A DNA stretch of 64,000 nt from Oscillibacter sp. (GTDB lineage Bacteria > Bacillota > Clostridia > Oscillospirales > Oscillospiraceae), in the NCBI GenBank assembly GCA_022791875.1, contig JAAVZX010000042.1, forward strand, positions 42,911 through 106,910, given 5' to 3'. This document shows positions 59,795 to 64,000 of this stretch, one piece after another (positions within the stretch are counted from its first letter, which is position 1; every line of letters starts with the position of its first letter). The position numbers and the translations under genes were made by a program. Under the pieces are notes generated by a model, which worked only from the letters and a program-made list of their open reading frames with translations, was not told where the DNA came from and searched no databases.

Positions 59795-61302
59795 CGACCA
59801 AACGAGCCGTGGGCATTTTGCTGTCCGTCACCAGCCTGCCCTCCCGGTACGGCATCGGCTGCTTCGACCGGAGCGCGTACCGCTTTATTGACTGGCTTTG
59901 GGAGGCGGGGCAAACCTACTGGCAGATCCTGCCCCTGTGCCCCACCAGCTACGGGGACTCCCCCTATCAGTCCTTCTCCACCTTCGCAGGGAACCCCTAT
60001 TTCATCAGCCTGGACGCGCTGATTGAAGAGGGCGTCCTCAGCCGGGAAGAGTGCGAGGCCGCGGACTTTGGCGGCACTCCGGGGCGGGTGGACTACGAAA
60101 AGCTGTACAGTGCCCGCTACCCCCTCCTGCGCAAGGCGTACCAGCACAGCGGGGCCGGGGAGGACCCGGGCTATCAGGACTTCGTGCGGGAAAACGGGTG
60201 GTGGCTGGCGGATTACGCCCTGTTCATGGCCGTGAAGAACCGCTTTGACGGGGCCCCCTGGATGGAGTGGCCCGAGGATATCCGCCTGCGGCGGGGGGAC
60301 GCGATGGAGCGTTACCGCGGGGAACTGGAGGGTGAAATTGGCTTCCAGCAGTACATGCAGTACCAATTCTTCCGCCAGTGGCAGGCTTTGAAGGACTACG
60401 CAAACCGCAAGGGCATCCAAATCATCGGCGATATCCCCATCTACGTGGCCATGGACAGCGCCGACGCCTGGGCTAACCCCGAGCTGTTTCAGCTGGACGG
60501 GCAGAACCTGCCTACCGCCGTGGCGGGCTGTCCGCCGGACGGCTTTTCCGCCGACGGGCAGCTCTGGGGGAACCCCCTCTACCGCTGGGACTACCACCGG
60601 GAGACGGGCTATGCCTGGTGGCTCAGCCGCCTGGGGCACTGCTTCCGGATGTACGACGTGACCCGCATCGACCACTTCCGGGGCTTCGACGAATACTACG
60701 CCGTCCCCTACGGCGAGACCACCGCCGCCAACGGGCACTGGGAGAAGGGGCCGGGGATCGGGCTGTTCCGGCGGATTGAAGAGGCGCTGGGGTGGCATGA
60801 GGTGATCGCGGAGGACCTGGGCTATGTGACGGACTCGGTGCGGGAGCTGGTGCGGGAGAGCGGGTTTCCCGGCATGAAGGTGCTGGAATTTGCCTTCGAC
60901 TCCCGGGACACCGGCTCCGCTAATGACTATTTGCCCCATAATTATACGGAGAACTGCGTGGCCTACACCGGCACCCACGACAATGAGACTTTGACCGGGT
61001 GGCTTGGCAGCATCACCCCCGCGGAGCGGGAGGCCGCGCGGGCCTATCTCTGCGATCCGTATACCCCCGAGAGGGAGCTATATAAGCCGCTGATTGCCCT
61101 GATCATGCGCAGCAGGGCCAAGGCGTGTGTGATTCCCATGCAGGACTATCTGGGGCTGGACAACAGCAGCCGCATGAACAAGCCGTCCACCGTGGGCACG
61201 AACTGGCTGTGGCGGCTGGAAGAGGCGGATCTGACCGCCGAATTGCAGGAACTGATCCGACAGTTTGCGGAACGCTATGGCCGTCTGAACGAAGCACCGT
61301 AA
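59791..61302 (+). CDS. malQ: 4-alpha-glucanotransferase (GH77)
   Basis: WQILP, SPYQ, GDIPIYV, GQLWGNP, RIDHFRG, AEDLG, GTHDN. Confidence 0.95.
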   Translation: MTTKRAVGILLSVTSLPSRYGIGCFDRSAYRFIDWLWEAGQTYWQILPLCPTSYGDSPYQSFSTFAGNPYFISLDALIEEGVLSREECEAADFGGTPGRVDYEKLYSARYPLLRKAYQHSGAGEDPGYQDFVRENGWWLADYALFMAVKNRFDGAPWMEWPEDIRLRRGDAMERYRGELEGEIGFQQYMQYQFFRQWQALKDYANRKGIQIIGDIPIYVAMDSADAWANPELFQLDGQNLPTAVAGCPPDGFSADGQLWGNPLYRWDYHRETGYAWWLSRLGHCFRMYDVTRIDHFRGFDEYYAVPYGETTAANGHWEKGPGIGLFRRIEEALGWHEVIAEDLGYVTDSVRELVRESGFPGMKVLEFAFDSRDTGSANDYLPHNYTENCVAYTGTHDNETLTGWLGSITPAEREAARAYLCDPYTPERELYKPLIALIMRSRAKACVIPMQDYLGLDNSSRMNKPSTVGTNWLWRLEEADLTAELQELIRQFAERYGRLNEAP

Positions 61303-61330
61303 CCGCATTTTGACCCCGCAAAAATTATCT

Positions 61331-61420
61331 CTGGGGTAAACCGGGTACGGTTTACCCCAGTTAAAGTTTGGGGTCCAGCCCTTTTCAAAGGGCTGGTGGG
61401 GTCCAGGGGCAAAGCCCCTG
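61331..61420. repeat. Intergenic multi-hairpin element
   Basis: CTGGGGTAAACCG/CGGTTTACCCCAG, CCAGCCCTTT/AAAGGGCTGG, CCAGGGGC/GCCCCTGG. Confidence 0.55.
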
Positions 61421-61567
61421 GCCGCCGGAGGCCCCCCGTCCCCCGTCTCCCGTTGGCGGGCAAATCGTATGATTCATATTCTACTATTTTATTAGAATTT
61501 CTGAATAGACAAGACGGGGGAAATCATGGTATGATAGTAGCGAATCCAACGTGGGAGGGTACACTCC

Positions 61568-63919
61568 ATGAGTAACAACAGGCCGAGAGGCCGTGAGAGA
61601 GAAGTTTCGGGTTCTGGGAAGAGTGTGCGAAAGCGCGGGGACGGGCTGGGTACTGGGCCTGTCGGGGGCGCGGGGCGTTCGGAACAGGGCGGGAACGGGC
61701 GGCAGTCTTCCGGGTCGCGGGGGGCGGGGGCCAGAGGCGGGGGCGGGATGAAGCTCATTGTTTTGCTTCTGGCGCTCCTTCTGGGCGGCGGTGGAGGTAT
61801 GACGGCGCTGCTGGGCGGGCAGTCCGGCGGCGGCGGTGGCGGGGGTGTTTCCTCTGCGCCTCCCAGTCAGCAGGTTTCTCCTGGCGGCGGTACGGACTGG
61901 ACGGCGGCTCTCAGCGGTTTGGGCGGCGGGAGTGTGTCTTCCGGGTGGCAGAGCGGGGCCAATACCGGGCGGCTTGACTCGTCTGTGGCTCCCGGGGCGC
62001 GGGCCAAGTACACCCAGCTCCTTGGCGGCGGGAAGGACACCGTTACCCTCATGGTCTACATGTGCGGCACGGACCTGGAGTCCCGCAGCGGCATGGGCAC
62101 CTCCGACCTCCAGGAAATGCTGGACGCTTGCTTCGGCAGCAGCGTGAACCTCCTGGTCTACACCGGGGGCTGCAAGGGCTGGAAGAACAACGTTGTCAGC
62201 AGTTCCGCCAACCAAATCTGGCAGGTGAAGGACGGCAAGCTGGCAAGCCTGGAGAAAAACCTAGGCAGCGTTTCCATGACGGACCCCAACACTCTGTCCG
62301 GCTACATCCGCTGGTGCGCCCAGCACTTTCCGGCCAGCCGCTACGGCCTCATCCTCTGGGACCACGGCGGCGGCTCCGTCAGCGGCTACGGCTACGACGA
62401 GAAATTCGCCTCCAGCGGGTCCATGAGCCTGGCGGGGCTGGACGCGGCTTTGGAAGCGGCGGGGACGCAGTTCGACTTCATCGGCTTCGACGCCTGCCTC
62501 ATGGCCACCGTGGAGACGGCCCTCACCATGGCCCGCCACGCGGACTACCTCATTGCCTCCGAAGAGACGGAACCGGGCGTGGGCTGGTACTACACCGACT
62601 GGCTCACCAGCCTGGGGAAGAATCCGTCCATGTCCACCCCCGAGCTGGGAAAGGCGATTGCGGACAGCTTCGTGGACACCTGCGCGGCGAAGTGCCCGGG
62701 GCAGCTTACCACCCTGTCCGTCATCGACCTGGCAGAGCTGGAGCACACGGTTCCCGGCGCACTCACGGACTTCTCCAAATCCACGGCGGAGCTGATCCGG
62801 AACGAGCGCTACCAGACCGTCTCCAATGCCCGGAGCGGGGCCCGCGAGTTTGCCCGTTCCAGCCAGATCGACCAGATTGACCTGGTTCATCTGGCCCGGA
62901 ACCTGGGCACGCCGGAGGCCGAGGCTCTGGCCCAGGCCCTTCTGGGCTGCGTGAAGTACAACCGCACGTCCGGCAACATGACCAACGCCTACGGCCTGTC
63001 GGCCTACTTCCCGTACCGCAAGGCGGCGGCAGCGGACCGCGGCGCGGCAGCTCTGGCCCAGGCGGGCATGGACGCGTCCTATACCCAGTGCATCCGCCAG
63101 TTCGCGGACGCCGCGGCCAGCGGCCAGGCCGTTTCCGGCGGCGGCGATTCCCCCTTGCCCGCCCTGATGGGCACCCTTCTGGGCGGAGGCGGCGGTCTGG
63201 ATCCGGCGGACGTGACCGCTCTGCTGGGCACCCTCCTGGGCGGCAGGAGCCTGGACATGGACAACGCGGAGCAGTACCTGTTGGATCACCGTTTCCCAAA
63301 AGAGGATTTGATTTGGACGGAGGGCGAAGACGGCAAAGCCGTCCTGCGCCTGAGCGAGGACGCCTGGAGATTGGTACAGGATCTGGAATTGAATTTATTT
63401 TATGATGATGGGGAGGGTTATATAGATTTGGGACTGGATACGGTATATGAGTTTGACAAGACGGGCGGCTTGATTGGCGACGATGGAGCGAGCTGGCTCG
63501 CCATCGAGGGCCAGCCGGTGGCGTACTATCACACATCGACCGTAGACGACGGCGAAACCTACGCCATCACAGGCCGTGTCCCTGTTCTTCACAACGGAGT
63601 CCGCTCCGAACTTCTGATTTCCTTCGACAACGAGTACCCCCACGGCTGCATATCAGGCGTCCAGACCGTGTACCGCGAGGGCGAAACCGCCACAGCCGCC
63701 AAGAGCCTCACCGGCCTCTCCTCCGGTGACACCATCGAATTCCTCTGCGACTACTATTCCTACGACGGCACCTACGAGGACAGCTACCTCCTGGGCGACC
63801 CCATAACAGTAGACGGGGCGCTGACCATCAGCGACGTCCCCCTGGAGGGCGAAACCCGCGCAAGTTACCGATTCACTGACCTGTACAACCAGCACTATTG
63901 GACCCCGCCGGTGCCATGA
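61568..63919 (+). CDS. Clostripain-related (C11) cysteine peptidase, membrane-anchored
   Basis: VYMCGTDLES, LWDHGGG, GFDACLM, ASEE; Gly-rich N-terminus with a hydrophobic stretch. Confidence 0.9.
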   Translation: MSNNRPRGREREVSGSGKSVRKRGDGLGTGPVGGAGRSEQGGNGRQSSGSRGAGARGGGGMKLIVLLLALLLGGGGGMTALLGGQSGGGGGGGVSSAPPSQQVSPGGGTDWTAALSGLGGGSVSSGWQSGANTGRLDSSVAPGARAKYTQLLGGGKDTVTLMVYMCGTDLESRSGMGTSDLQEMLDACFGSSVNLLVYTGGCKGWKNNVVSSSANQIWQVKDGKLASLEKNLGSVSMTDPNTLSGYIRWCAQHFPASRYGLILWDHGGGSVSGYGYDEKFASSGSMSLAGLDAALEAAGTQFDFIGFDACLMATVETALTMARHADYLIASEETEPGVGWYYTDWLTSLGKNPSMSTPELGKAIADSFVDTCAAKCPGQLTTLSVIDLAELEHTVPGALTDFSKSTAELIRNERYQTVSNARSGAREFARSSQIDQIDLVHLARNLGTPEAEALAQALLGCVKYNRTSGNMTNAYGLSAYFPYRKAAAADRGAAALAQAGMDASYTQCIRQFADAAASGQAVSGGGDSPLPALMGTLLGGGGGLDPADVTALLGTLLGGRSLDMDNAEQYLLDHRFPKEDLIWTEGEDGKAVLRLSEDAWRLVQDLELNLFYDDGEGYIDLGLDTVYEFDKTGGLIGDDGASWLAIEGQPVAYYHTSTVDDGETYAITGRVPVLHNGVRSELLISFDNEYPHGCISGVQTVYREGETATAAKSLTGLSSGDTIEFLCDYYSYDGTYEDSYLLGDPITVDGALTISDVPLEGETRASYRFTDLYNQHYWTPPVP

Positions 63920-64000
63920 GGGCCTGGTGATACGGGGGGCTGCCAGCCGGGCTTCCGGCCTCCGGCGGCTTCCTTTTCTCGAGAGAAAAGGAAGCGAAAA

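Noticed and set aside
61620-61960. G-rich tract as a DNA repeat or G-quadruplex
   Set aside because: Explained by the Gly-rich N-terminus of the clostripain-like protein
1-64000. CRISPR array, rRNA, relaxase or type IV secretion genes
   Set aside because: None seen; conjugative ability of the element cannot be judged from this window

Overview
Window from a GC-rich Firmicute (Clostridia, Oscillospiraceae-like, inferred from gene content). Positions 1 to ~39,050 are the right part of an integrative element whose excisionase and tyrosine integrase abut the 3' end of tRNA-Val(CAC); its other end is left of the window. The element carries: (i) the 3' part of an RdrB-like adenosine deaminase; (ii) a 13 kb co-oriented cluster (3297-16149) combining a PRTRC-like ubiquitin-like system (Ubl/JAB/LPD11 fusion, ThiF/E1, E2 family D) with a DNA methyltransferase, Rad52-like annealase, Rad50/SMC-like ATPase, primase and a beta-clamp remnant, in which 10 of 17 ORFs end in Ala-Ala; (iii) an IS-littered cargo region of secreted proteins with two paralogous ECF sigma factors, an anti-sigma factor and a repeated TGTTGCA-N16/17-GTCTA promoter-like motif. 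The host flank has three tRNAs, a PTS/antiterminator pair, a catabolic cluster (tandem PucR regulator, CyuA-like lyase, TRAP transporter, MBL hydrolase, split UxaA, racemase), a maltose PTS-MapP-MalQ locus and a clostripain-family peptidase. All family calls come from motif recognition by eye; no searches were run.
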